This document shows, in pieces, positions 24,851-37,474 of a stretch of 64,000 nt of DNA. The translations under genes were made by a program, and so were the position numbers. The notes under the pieces were generated by a model. It was not told where the DNA came from. It was given only the letters and a program-made list of their open reading frames with translations, and did not search any database. The DNA comes from Selaginella moellendorffii (taxonomy: Eukaryota > Plantae > Lycopodiophyta): NCBI RefSeq assembly GCF_000143415.4, contig NW_003314281.1, forward strand, positions 118,417 to 182,416. Reading direction: 5' to 3'. Within the stretch, counting starts at the first letter, position 1; each line of letters starts with the position of its first letter.

Positions 24851-26533
24851 ATGAGTAACGCTGCAATCTCCTCCGTCTTTTGGAATTGTCTGCGGCGTAT
24901 ACTGCGACCGGAACACAATGCCAAGTGGTGGTACTCAACCGTTCACATCGTGACGGCCATGGTAGGAGCCGGAGTTCTGAGCCTTCCGTCGACAATGGTC
25001 TACCTGGGATGGTAAATTCTTCGGGAAAATTCATGGACATGGAGCGACTAACTTAGTATCTCCACAGGGCTCCTGGAATGATGATGCTGGGCGTTTCGTG
25101 GATAATCACACTGGCTACCATGTACCAAATGATTGAGATGCACGAGGACGAGTCAGGGAGACACGACAGTTACCAGTGTCTCGGCCGGAAAGCATTCGGG
25201 GACAGGCTTGGCAATCTCATTGTTGGCTCGCAGCAGATCGTAGTTCAGGTGACCGCCAACATTGCTTACTTGGTAACTGGCGGCCAGGCGCTCAAGAGGT
25301 TCGGGGATCTAGTTCTGAGTCGCGAGATTCAGTACGGAAAGTTTGAGCTTGCTGTGGTATGGATATCCGTGTTTGCTGGAGTTCAGGCGGTGCTGTCGTT
25401 GTTTGCCAGTTTCTCGTCCATGACAATCGTCTCCCTGATGGCCTTCATCATGTCTTTCAGGTAAAATCCTGTTATTTCTATGTTTATATTTTCTTGTTGT
25501 ATGAGAATGTAATTCACATTTCACTCAGCTACTCGACTATAGTTTGGGCAACAGCTATCCGGCTTAAGAGTTCGCAAGCATCGTATGGCTACTGCAACTT
25601 GACATACTACAGAGCCTTTAATGCACTCGGAGAGATTGCGTTTGCCTACGGAGGCCACAACGTTGCTCTCGAGATCCAAGCGACGATGAGATCGACGAGG
25701 CACAAGCCGTCCAAGCTACCAATGTGGAATGGAGTTTTGGTGGCCTATGTGATGGTTGCCGTTTGCTATTTCCCAGTCGCTGGAGTTGGCTACTGGGCTC
25801 TCGGCAACTTGACTTGCTACGAAAACGTTCTGGACGTCCTCGACAAACCAAAGTGGCTGATAGGAACAGCCAACTTGATGCTTATGCTGCATCTCACAGG
25901 GAGTTACCAGGTAAGCTAATCTTCCATTGGTTCCTCGTTCTTACGTGCTCCATCCCAGGTTTTTGCTTTGCCGATTTATGATGCTCTCACTTGCTGGCTG
26001 GAGCAAAAGAAACTGCCAATCAATGCTTGGATTAGGCCTCTTTACGTAGGTAAGGGGGCGTTATTCTTCTTGGTGAATTTTCACAAGCTTGAGCTGCCAG
26101 GATTTACGTGTTTGGTTGCGGTGATCATACCTTCGTTTGGCGGGCTTCTGGGATTATTCGGTGGGCTCGCTCTTGGACCAACAACGTATTTCGTACGTAT
26201 CAGTGACTCAAAACTTCCCTTTCTTCTCTCTGACGTGTTCCCAGCAGTTGCCGTGTATAATGTGGCTAAGCATCAAGAAGCCAAGAGTCCTCGGTCTTGA
26301 GTGGCTTTTAAACTGGGTAAAAATCTCATCATTTTAAGCTTTTGACATGGTGGTACGAACTAATGCAGGCATGCATTTTCTTTGGCGTCGTCCTCACGAT
26401 TGTGTCGGCAATTGGAAGCATCGTAAATCTCAAACACGGCTTCGAAGAGCAAAATCTCAAAGTATTCTACTTCCCGCGATTGCAGCAGTGCAACTCGACC
26501 TCAACAAACGCAAGCTGTCCCGTGCGGCATTGA
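24851..26533 (+). CDS. LHT: Divergent lysine-histidine transporter (AAAP/LHT family), copy A; start may be the upstream in-frame ATG at 24803
   Basis: [72 protein letters not shown]. Intron positions match the LHT genes at 38-42 kb. Confidence 0.85.
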
Positions 26534-26879
26534 ATTCCCCTCGCTTGATTGTTCGCTCCAGGCTTCAGCTAGCGCTCTACACTGAAAAGTATTTTGACGA
26601 TAATGTTCTCATCAAGTATTTTGCATGTGCCCCTCTGGCTGTTTGGATTTATAAGAGTCTCCGCTACGAGTACAGTTTCAACTTGCGTGCTTAACGTGGG
26701 CGAAATGCAACAAAGTAGCGTCCGTCAGTGTTATCACTCGCTGACACATATCTACAGCATCCGATATTGATATCAACACCTATCGTCTCCACGGGGTTTA
26801 AAGCGACTCAAGGCAACGAGATTAGCACCAAATCGAAGTTCCTCGCATCTCTCTTACTCCCTCCAGCGATCGAGCAACA

Positions 26880-28305
26880 ATGGCTTCGTCCGGCTCCAGC
26901 AATCTCCCGACGAAGGAAGTCCCAGGATCATACGGCCTGCCAGTCGTGGGTGCTCAAAAGGACAACTTGGACTTCCTCCACCTCCAAGGCGAGGTGGAGT
27001 TTTTCAAGAGCAGGGTGGCCAGGTACAATAGCACCGTCTTCAAAGTTAACTTCATCCCGGGAAATCCAGCCTTCCCGGATCCTCGCGGCATCGCCCTCCT
27101 GGACCAGAGCTCCTTCCCGGTCCTGCTCGACAGCTCCAAGGTGGACAAGACCAACGTGTTCACGGGCTCCTACAAGGCATCCGACGATTTCACGGGAGGA
27201 TACCGGGTGCTGTCCTACCTCGACACCACCGATCCCAAGCACGCAACGCTCAAGAACTTCGCCTTCGAGGTGCTCAAGCGAAATGGCCGCAAGTTCCTGC
27301 CTGAGTTCCAGTCGGCCTCCCACGCCGCGTTCGATGCCGCCGAGTCGGAGCTCTCGTCCGGGAAGAACAAGGCCGACATGGCACCGCTGCTCAACCAGCT
27401 CGCCTTCCAGTTCCTGGCCAAGTCCATCGTCAACGTGGATCCGTTGACCACCAAGCTCGCTGACCAGGGCCCGACTCACCTCCTCCGTTGGCGGGATCCA
27501 GTTCGCGCCGGTAGCGCCTGGCAATAGCACTCCACTGCCCGGATTCGCCGAGGACGTCGTCATACGTACCGCGCCACTGCCATTCCTGCTCGTCAAGGCC
27601 GACTACGACAAGCTCTGCGAGTTCTTCCAGCTCGCCACTGAGATGCTCGACATGGGCGAGAAGGAGTTTGGGCTGTCGCGAGAGGAGGCCGTGCACCAGC
27701 TGCTCTTCCTCGTCGGGATGAACAGCTGGTTTGGATTCAGCGCCAGAGTGCTGCCCAATCTTCTCTACCGTGTTGGAACTCTCGGGGCCGAGTTCCAGAA
27801 GAGGCTCGGGGATGAGATCCGTGCTGCGATCGACGTGAGCGATCCGGCGGGGTCGTTCTACGGCGCACTGGAGAAAATGCCACTGCTCAAGTCGACTGTG
27901 CTGGAGGTCTTCCGGTTTGATCCGCCCGTGCTCTACCAGTACGGACGCCCCCGGGAGGATATGGTGGTGGAGTCACACGATGCGAAGTTTGTGATCAAGA
28001 AGGGACAGCTCTTGGGTGGGTCGCAGGCACTGGTTTGCCGAGATCCAAAGGTGTTTGAGGAGCCGGATCAGTTGATCCCGGACAGGTTTGTGGGGAAGGA
28101 GGAGCTCCAGGCGAATGTGTTTTGGTCCAATGGAAGGAATACGAAGTCACCGACCGCGGATGACAAGCAGTGTGCTGGGAAGAATTTTGTGGAGACAATC
28201 GCCAGGTTCTACCTGGTGCAGTTGTTTGCGAGATACAAGACTTTTGAGCTGAGTGAGGACTCCACACTCAACACTCCGTTTCTCAAGTCATTTGCACGAA
28301 ATTAG
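26880..28305 (+). pseudogene. CYP74: CYP74 copy A, frameshifted by a 2 bp deletion at about 27491
   Basis: Near-identical to the intact copy at 31277, but reads cgttgg|cgggatc where copy B reads cgttggATcgggatc. Confidence 0.85.
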
Positions 28306-29252
28306 TGTAAGAACTAGCTAAATATATAAAGTGTCGCAGAGGGATCGCGCTGGAGAGTTCGCAGCGATCGAGCGCACAGATGCTGCTTGGTTTTCAGCAA
28401 AATCTCGGTACAGCTTTTCCTTGTAAAACTGTTTTAGTTGTGTTCTGATGAGTGTTTTAGAAATGCTCCGCAGGCCACAATTTGGTATGTTTTAAATGTT
28501 TAACTTCAAAATTTAGAATTTAAGAAGTGTATTCATTAAAATACAATATTACAATAAAAAAATAATTTTATGGCTCAATGCCACAAGTAAAGATGTGCTA
28601 AAAGACTATAACCACATGTTTCTCAAAAGTTAATTCGTATTTTTTCTTACTTTATTTTTAATTTATTTAAATTTATTATAATAATGGAATGTAAATAAAT
28701 TTATTTTAATATATTTAAAATAATAATTCTTTAAAAGTATTTTATAAAGTAATTAATATGAAAATTTTTAAATTAATATTTTAAAATTGCTGGAAAGTAA
28801 AGTTATAATCATATTATTGATTATAAATTATAAAAATATTATTAAAAAGCTCAGAGTAATCACAAAAACTTATAAAATATCCTATCGATATCTCAACCCA
28901 AAAGATTAATCTAGAGTAAACCATAGAAAATATGTGGTAATGTGAAAAGCCAAAATCCATAAAAAAGAATAATTAACCATCGTGAATTTTAACATGAGAT
29001 CAACACTATTATGTTCTAAAAACCAATCTAATATGTTTCTTGAGATTTTAGATTCCGAGTTCTCTAAGCTGTTTTGACGACTCGCGTGCCGTCGGCTTTG
29101 ACTCGGTCAGGTCAATATTGTTCATTGTATTGACGAGACTAAACCGTGGATTAGACTGAATGGGGGGCGAACTCTCCGGTCGAAGCTGCGGCATTGCTCT
29201 TCCAGCAAATGAGGATCTCTCTTTCAGTCCGTGATCAACAGGTGGGCGAAGA

Positions 29253-30923
29253 ATGAGTAACGCTGCAAGCTACTCCGTCTTTTGGAATTGTCTACGGCGT
29301 ATACTGCGACCGGAACACCATGCCAAGTGGTGGTACTCAACCGTTCACATCGTGACGGCCATGGTAGGAGCCGGAGTTCTGAGCCTTCCGTCGACAATGG
29401 TCTACCTGGGATGGTAAATTCTTCGGGAAAATTCATGGACATGAGCGACTAACTTAGTATCTCCACAGGGCTCCTGGAATGATGATGCTGGGCGTTTCGT
29501 GGATAATCACACTGGCTACCATGTACCAAATGATTGAGATGCACGAGGACGAGTCAGGGAGACACGACACTTACCAGTGTCTCGGCCGGAAAGCATTCGG
29601 GGACAGGCTTGGCAATCTCATTGTTGGCTCGCAGCAGATCGTAGGTCAGGTGACCACCAACATTGCTTACTTGGTAACTGGAGGCCAGGCGCTTAAAAGG
29701 TTCGGGGATCTTGTTCTGAGTCGCGAGATTCACTACGGGAAGTTTGAGCCTGCTGTGTTATGGATATCCGCGTTTGCTGGAGTTCAAGCGGTGCTGTCGT
29801 TGTTTGCCAGTTTCTCGTCCATGACAATCGTCTCTCTGATAGCCTCCATCATGTCTTTCAGGTAAAATCCTGTTATTTCTTTGTTTTATATTTTCTTGTT
29901 GTAGGAGAATGTAATTCACATTTCACTCAGCTACTCAACTATAGTTTGGGCAACAGCTATCCGGCTTAAGAGTTCGCAAGCATCGTATGGCTACTGCAAC
30001 TTGACATACTACAAAGCCTTTAATGCACTCGGAGAGATTGCGTTTGCCTACGGAGGCCACAGCATTGCTCTCGAGATCCAAGCGACGATGAGATCGACGA
30101 GGCACAAGCCGTCTAAGCTACCAATGTGGAATGGAGTTTTGGTGGCCTATGTCATGGTTGCCGTTTGCTATTTCCCAGTCGCTGGAGTTGGCTACTGGGC
30201 TCTCGGCAACTTGACTTGCTACGAAAACGTTCTGGACGTCCTCGACAAACCAAAGTGGCTGATAGGAACAGCCAACTTGATGCTTATGCTGCACCTCACA
30301 GGGAGTTACCAGGTAAGCTAGGCTTCCATTGGTTCCTCGTTCTTACGTGCTCCATGCCAGGTTTTTGCTTTGCCGATTTACGAGGGACTGGAGCAAAAGA
30401 ATATGCCAATCAATGCTTTGATTAGGCCTCTTTACGTAGGTAAGGGGGGGTTATTCTTCTTGGTGAATTTTCACAAGCTTGAGTTGCCAGGATTTACGTG
30501 TTTGGTTGCGGTGATCCTACCTTCGTTTTCCGGGCTTCTGGGATTATTCGGTGGGCTCGCTCTTGGACCAACAACGTATTTCGTACGTATCAGTGACTTA
30601 AAACTTTCCTTTCTTCTCTCTGACGTGTTTCCAGCAGTTGCCGTGTATAATGTGGCTAAGCATCAAGAAGCCAAGAGTCCTTGGTCTTGAGTGGCTTTTA
30701 AATTGGGTAAAAATCTCATCATTTTAAGCTTTTGACATGGTGGTGCGAACCAATGCAGGCATGCATTTTGTTTGGCGTCGTCCTCACGATTGTGTCGGCA
30801 ATTGGAAGCATCGTAAATCTCAAACACGGCTTCGAAGAGCAAAATCTCAAAGTATTCTACTTCCCGCGATTGCAGCAGTGCAGCTCGACCTCAACAAACG
30901 CAAGCTGTCCCGTGCGGCATTGA
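29253..30923 (+). CDS. LHT: Divergent LHT-family transporter, copy B (intact if started at MSNAA)
   Basis: Same exon structure as copy A. Has a 4 bp deletion just upstream of the MSNAA ATG and an in-frame 3-codon deletion in the PIYEGLEQK exon. Confidence 0.8.
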
Positions 30924-31276
30924 ATTCCCCTCGCTTGATTCTCCAGGCTCCAGCTAGCGCTCTGCAATGACAAGTATTTCGACGATAATATTTTCATCAA
31001 GTACTTTGCATGTGCCCCTCTGACTGTTTGGATTTAGTAGAGTCTCCGCTACGAGTACAGTTTCAACTTGCGTGCTTAACGTGGGCGAAATGCAACAAAG
31101 TAGCATTCGTCAGTGTTATCACTCGCTGACACATATCTACAGCACCAATACGCCATCCGATATTGATATCAATACCTATCGTCTCCAGGGGGTTTAAAAG
31201 CGACTCAAGGCAACGAGATTAGCACCAAAACAAAGCTCCTTGCATCTCTCTTACTCCCTCCAGAGATCGAGCAACA

Positions 31277-32704
31277 ATGGCTTCATCCGGCTCCAGCAAT
31301 CTCCCGACGAAGGAAGTCCCAGGATCATACGGCCTGCCAGTCCTGGGTGCTCAAAAGGACAACTTGGACTTCCTCCACCTCCAAGGCGAGGTGGAGTTTT
31401 TCAAGAGCAGGGTGGCCAAGTACAATAGCACCGTCTTCAAAGTTAACTTCATTCCGGGAAATCCAGCCTTCCCGGATCCTCGCGGCATCGCCCTCCTGGA
31501 CCAGAGCTCCTTCCCAGTCCTGCTCGACAGCTCCAAGGTGGACAAGACCAACGTGTTCACGGGCTCCTACAAGGCATCCGACGATTTCACGGGAGGATAC
31601 CGGGTGCTGTCCTACCTCGACACCACCGATCCCAAGCACGCAACGCTCAAGAACTTCGCCTTCGAGGTGCTCAAGCGAAATGGCCGCAAGTTCCTGCCTG
31701 AGTTCCAGTCGGCCTTCCACGCCGCGTTCGATGCCGCCGAGTCGGAGCTCTCGTCCGGGAAGAACAAGGCCGACATGGCACCGTTGCTCAACCAGCTCGC
31801 CTTCCAGTTCTTGGCCAAGTCCATCGTCAACGTGGATCCGTTGACCACCAAGCTCGCTGACCAGGGCCCGACTCACCTCCTCCGTTGGATCGGGATCCAG
31901 TTCGCGCCTGTAGCGCCTGGCAATAGCACTCCACTGCCCGGATTCGCCGAGGACGTCGTCATACGTACCGCGCCACTGCCATTCCTGCTCGTCAAGGCCG
32001 ACTACGACAAGCTCTGCGAGTTCTTCCAGCTCGCCACTGAGATGCTCGACATGGGCGAGAAGGAGTTTGGGCTGTCGCGAGAGGAGGCCGTGCACCAGCT
32101 GCTCTTCCTCGTCGGGATGAACAGCTGGTTTGGATTCAGCGCCAGAGTGCTGCCCAATCTTCTCTACCGTGTTGGAACTCTCGGGGCCGAGTTCCAGAAG
32201 AGGCTCGGGGATGAGATCCGTGCTGCGATCGACGTGAGCGATCCGGCGGGGTCGTTCTACGGCGCACTGGAGAAAATGCCACTGCTCAAGTCGACTGTGC
32301 TGGAGGTCTTCCGGTTTGATCCGCCCGTGCTCTACCAGTACGGACGCCCCCGGGAGGATATGGTGGTGGAGTCACACGATGCGAAGTTTGTGATCAAGAA
32401 GGGACAGCTCTTGGGTGGGTCGCAGGCACTGGTTTGCCGAGATCCAAAGGTGTTTGAGGAGCCGGATCAGTTGATCCCGGACAGGTTTGTGGGGAAGGAG
32501 GAGCTCCAGGCGAATGTGTTTTGGTCCAATGGAAGGAATACGAAGTCACCGACCGCGGATGACAAGCAGTGTGCTGGGAAGAATTTTGTGGAGACAATCG
32601 CCAGGTTCTACCTGGTGCAGTTGTTTGCGAGATACAAGACTTTTGAGCTGAGTGAGGACTCCACACTCAACACTCCGTTTCTCAAGTCATTTGCACGAAA
32701 TTAG
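31277..32704 (+). CDS. CYP74: CYP74-clan fatty-acid hydroperoxide-metabolising P450 (AOS/HPL/DES/EAS family), intronless, 475 aa
   Basis: PGSYGLP, KYNSTVF, TGGYRVLSYLD, PPVLYQYG, IPDRFVG, and WSNGRNTKSPTADDKQCAGK (heme Cys with the CYP74 insertion). No obvious transit peptide. Confidence 0.95.
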   Translation: MASSGSSNLPTKEVPGSYGLPVLGAQKDNLDFLHLQGEVEFFKSRVAKYNSTVFKVNFIPGNPAFPDPRGIALLDQSSFPVLLDSSKVDKTNVFTGSYKASDDFTGGYRVLSYLDTTDPKHATLKNFAFEVLKRNGRKFLPEFQSAFHAAFDAAESELSSGKNKADMAPLLNQLAFQFLAKSIVNVDPLTTKLADQGPTHLLRWIGIQFAPVAPGNSTPLPGFAEDVVIRTAPLPFLLVKADYDKLCEFFQLATEMLDMGEKEFGLSREEAVHQLLFLVGMNSWFGFSARVLPNLLYRVGTLGAEFQKRLGDEIRAAIDVSDPAGSFYGALEKMPLLKSTVLEVFRFDPPVLYQYGRPREDMVVESHDAKFVIKKGQLLGGSQALVCRDPKVFEEPDQLIPDRFVGKEELQANVFWSNGRNTKSPTADDKQCAGKNFVETIARFYLVQLFARYKTFELSEDSTLNTPFLKSFARN

Positions 32705-33766
32705 TGTAAGAACTAGCTAAATATATTGGTAGTCTATATGTTTTAAATGTTTAACTTCAAATTTAGAATTTAAGAAGTGTATTCATTAAAATAAAATATT
32801 ACAATATGGCTTAATTCAAAATAAAGATGTAGACTATAACCACATGTTTCTCAAAATTTAATTCTTTTTTATTTCTTACTTTATTTTCAATTTATTTATT
32901 TTTTATTATAATTATATAATATAAATAAATTATTTTAATTTATGTAAATTAATAATTTTAAAAAGTTTTTTGTAAAGTAATTAATATTAAATAAATAAAT
33001 AAATTTTTAAAATTGCTGAAAAATAAAGTTTCAATCATATTATTGATTATATACTATAAAATATTAATTGAAGAGTTCAGGACAATCACAAAAACTTACT
33101 AAATATGGAATGATGTTAAATAGTGAATCTAAACACGAGAACAACACTACTGTATTTTAAGAACTAATTCAATAATTACTAAAATCCCACTATGATAATA
33201 ATAATATATGACATCGTAATTATAGACCTCATATGGTAGATTATTATTATAATAAATTAGAAAGGCAACATAAATTTACTTATAAAACAAGAAATTTTTT
33301 ATTCAATTACTTCGCTTGATATCCAGGCAAAGCTCTACTTTTTTTTATATACTTAGCTATTTAGTAATCATAAATGTACAGATAATTATTATTATTATTA
33401 TGTTGTCTAAAGCAATCTTTTATTTAGTTATTGCAGATTACTTTATCACTGATCGTTTAATGTAATCAACCAGCTAGTTTGTTTGATGTTTCTATTCAAA
33501 AATATAATATGACTGTTTAGGTGCTTAAGTATTCAACTAAAATTAATATTATTTAAAAATACTAATAATAATCAACAGATCAACAATTGCCACCTTCCAC
33601 GAGCTCAGTAATATAGTCTTTTCCAAAGAAGTTCATTGTCTTGACGAGATCAAACTGTGTATTAGGAACTCTGCCATCGAAGCTGCTCTTCCAGCAAATG
33701 AGGGCCTCTCTATCAGCCCGTGATCAACAGGTGGGTGGTACAGAATCTCATGAGCGCGAAGATCGC

Positions 33767-35383
33767 ATGAGTAACGCTGCAATCTACTCCGTCTTTTGGA
33801 ATTGTCTACGGCGTATACTGCGACCGGAACACCATCCCAAGTGGTGGTACTCAACCGTTCACATCGCGACGGCTATGCTAGGAGCCGGAGTTTTGAGCCT
33901 TCCGTCGACAATGGTCTACCTGGGATGGTAAATTTTCCATTGTATGTCATGGAGAGACTAAATTTGTGTGTCCACAGGGCTCCTGGAATGATGATGCTGG
34001 GCGTTTCGTGGATAATCACACTGGCTACCATGTACCAATTGATCGAGATGCACGAGGATGAGTAAGGGAGATACGACACTTACCGGGATCTCGGAAGAAA
34101 AGCATTCGGGGACAGGCTTGGGTTCATAGTTGGTTTGCAGCAGATCGTAGTCCAGGTGACTGCCAACATTGCTTACTTGGTAACTGGCGGCCAGGCGCTC
34201 AAGAGGTTCGGGGATCTTGTTCTGAGTCGCGAGATTCAGCACGGGAAGTTTGAGCTTGCTGTGGCATGGATATCCGCGTTTGCTGGAGTTCAGGCGGTAC
34301 TGTCGTTGTTTGCCAGTTTCTCGTCCATGACAATCGTCTCTCTGGTGGCCGCCATCATGTCTTTCAGGTATCTTTTTTCTTTTTGTATGAAAATCTAACT
34401 CGCTTTTCATTCAGCTACTCGACTATAATTTGGGCAACAGCTATACGGCTTAAGAGTTCGCAAGTATCGTATCTCTACTGCAACTGGAGACTACAGAGCC
34501 TCTAATGCACTCGGAGAGATTGCGTTTGCCTATGGAGGCCAAAACATTGCTCTCGAGATCCAAGCAATGATGAGATCAACGAGGCACAAGCCGTCTAAGC
34601 TACCAATGTGGAATGGAGTTTTGGTGGCTTATGTCATGGTTGCCGTTTGCTATTTCCCAGTCGCTGGAGTTGGCTATTGGGCTCTTGGCAACTTGACTTG
34701 CTACGAAAACGTTCTGGACGTCCTCGATAAACCAAAGTGGCTGATAGGGACAGCCAACTTGATGCTTATGCTGCACCTCACAGGGAGTTACCAGGTAAGC
34801 TAGGCTTCCATTGGTTCCTCGTTCTTACGTGCTCCATCCCAGGTTTTTGCTTTGCCGAGATGATGGACTAACTTGCTGGCTCAATGCTTGGATTAGGCCT
34901 CTTTACGTAAGTAAGGGAGCGTTATTCTTCTTGGTGAATTTCCACAAGCTTGAGCTGCCAGGATTTACGTGTTTGGTTGCGGTGATCATACCTTCGTTTG
35001 GAGGGCATCTGGGATTATTCGGTGGGCTCGCTCTTGGACCAACAACGTATGTCGTACGTATCAGTGACTCAAAACTTCCCTTTCTTCTCTCTGACGTGTT
35101 CCCAGCAGTTGCCGTGTATAATGTGGCTAAGCATCAAGAAGCCAAGAGTCCTTGGTCTTGAGTGGCTTTTAAACTGGGTAAAAATGTCATCATTTTTAGA
35201 TCGGAAGCTTTTGACATGGTGGTATGAACCAATGCAGGCATGCATTTTGTTTGGCGTCGTCCTCACGATTTCGTAAATCTCAAACACGGCTTCGAAAAGG
35301 AAAACCTCAAAGCATTCTACTTCCCGCGATTGCAGCAGTGCAATTCGACCTCAACAAACGCAATCTGTCCCGTGCGGCATTGA
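33767..35383 (+). pseudogene. LHT: Divergent LHT copy C, pseudogene
   Basis: TCA>TAA premature stop after MHEDE (about 34063), plus indels at about 34490, 34860 and 35270 relative to copies A and B. Confidence 0.85.
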
Positions 35384-35534
35384 ACTCCCCTTCGCTCCAG
35401 GATCCAGCTGGCCATGGATACAGCGCTCTACAATGACAAGTATTTCGAATATAATGTTCTCATCCAGTATTTCGCATGTGCCCCTGTGATTGTTTAGATT
35501 TAATAGAGTCACTACGAGAACAATTTCAACTTGC

Positions 35535-35667
35535 GATCCGGCGGGGTCGTTCTATGGGAGAAAATGCCGCTGCTCAAATCGACTGTGCTGGAGGTCTTGA
35601 TCCCGTGCTCTACCAGTACGGGAGGATTTGGTGGTGGAGTGGCACGATGCGAATTTTGTGATCAAGG
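35535..35667 (+). pseudogene. CYP74 relic (third copy), internal fragment only
   Basis: gatccggcggggtcgttcta...aaaatgccgctgctcaaatcgactgtgctggaggtctt...ccagtacgg...tttgtgatcaag matches 32240-32400 with several small deletions. Confidence 0.85.
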
Positions 35668-36877
35668 AGCAGATATATTATACTTTATTAATGTTAAAGT
35701 TAAATAAAATAATTTGCTAGAGATTGATTTGCTTGTTTACTTTAGATAATATTTATTAGAGAGAGAGACTCAACCTGGGCAGTGCTTTCTATAAGCACAT
35801 ATTTTGACCACCCAAAACACATAGAAGTGAACTAATATTAAATAGAAACATCTAAAGGCAAAGAATACATTCTCATCGATTGAAGGAGATCAATGTGTTT
35901 CCACAAGAACAAAGTATTGTTGTGTATTTTTGCAATTTCCCTTCCTTTAGTGTTCTTAGAGTTTATAATTGCATTTTCTTATTTGGGTTTTTAGTGAGCT
36001 ACCTTTTAGAAAATGTTATTTTTTGTCAGTTCAACCATAACAACCTCACAATCTTTTTGAAGGATCTTTGTGGTTGAGATACAGAGTTTGGGAATATATA
36101 TGTTATTAAAAAATTTAAAAACTTTATTTATTAAAATTAAGAATTCTGTAACTAGTTTTACTCTGAAAAATAATTATATTATGCGAGTCTCTAAAACTAG
36201 AATTGCCAAATTTACAATCCTATTCTTTGACAACCATTTTCAAGGGCTTCTGGGTGGATTAAAATTTATGATCAATTATAAAGATCAGACGAAATCATGG
36301 TACTAAGATTTTGTGAGTTAAGGTTGCCATCTTTAATCGCTTACCATCTGGTGACTAAAGAAAGCCCTACCAACTTAAAACTCTCCTATTTAATCTAATT
36401 ATTATAGATACCAGAAATCATTCAAAGTTTTTTAGCCATTTGTGAAGGAAAGCCATTCTCCCTTTTATCTTCTCTTTTAAGAGTTTTTATCCATTATAAG
36501 GATAGAATGACATCACACAATTGCTATTAAGATCTTGTGAGTAATAGAGTTAAGATCATTATTGCTACTCAGAGAGTTTAAGATAATAGAGATTGTTACA
36601 AAGTGGGAAGATGGTGTAAAGCTCAAGTACATCACAATTTAAGATAATATTTTGTGTAAGTACTTGTGTACCACATAAATATTCTGAAATAAAGCTGTTC
36701 TCCTTCCTGCCCCAAATCCACTGTACTCGATCTTGTTAGTTCTATATTTTTATTAGCATTTACTTTACCGCCTTTTAAATATTGTAATATATTTCACTAA
36801 AAACATTTAAACTTAAATACGGCAAACCATGCAAAAAGTAACATAACAAAAGCTTTTGATAACTGAGTAAGTAGTAC

Positions 36878-37474
36878 TTATGGCAGAACCGCAAGTATGT
36901 CATCAGCGCTGGAGACCTTGAAGTCGCCACCCTCCTCAATGTTGGCAGCCTTGACAACGAGATCATCCAGCAGCAAAGCAAACCTTTTGGATCGAATCCC
37001 CATCCCTCGCTCCGTCAGGTCCAGCTCCAGTCCCAAGCTCTTGGTGTAAGTCGCGGAGCCGTCTGCCAGGAACATCACGGCCGAATCCTCTGGATAGGTC
37101 TTGGCCCATTCACGAACAACGAAAGGATCGTTCACTGGACAAAAGGTTTCAATCCATCGCGAGAAAGAATCAGGATTTACCAGTTAAGCACAGGATCTTG
37201 TCCACGCCCTTGGCCTTGAGCTCCGGTGCCTTCTCAATGTATCCAGGGACATGCTTCAAACTAGAAAGAGATAGATCGAGCTCGCATCGATTTGCAAGAG
37301 GAAAAGAAGAAAAGGGCACCTGCAAGTAGGAGTGAAAGCTCCTGGAACTCCGAACAGGACCACTTTCTTCTTCTCGGCTAGGGCGTAGATGGAAACGTTC
37401 TGGAGCTTGCCATCCTTGTCGAAGTAGGAGAGCGTGCCGTCGGGGATGATCTCCTCCACGCCGATGGGTGCCAT
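36878..37474 (-). CDS. PRXII: Type II peroxiredoxin, cytosolic-type, 3 exons
   Basis: MAPIGV...[16 protein letters not shown]|[12 protein letters not shown]...VNDPFV...FLADGS...RSKRFALL...SSADDIL. Confidence 0.95.

Larger units (their letters stand above)
24615..35667 (+). repeat. Tandem triplication of a ~4.4 kb unit (divergent LHT gene plus CYP74 gene)
   Basis: The unit start atatgtttcttgagattttagattcc occurs at about 24616 and 29031, and a more diverged third copy starts at about 33635. Genes, introns and spacers are collinear. Confidence 0.92.
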
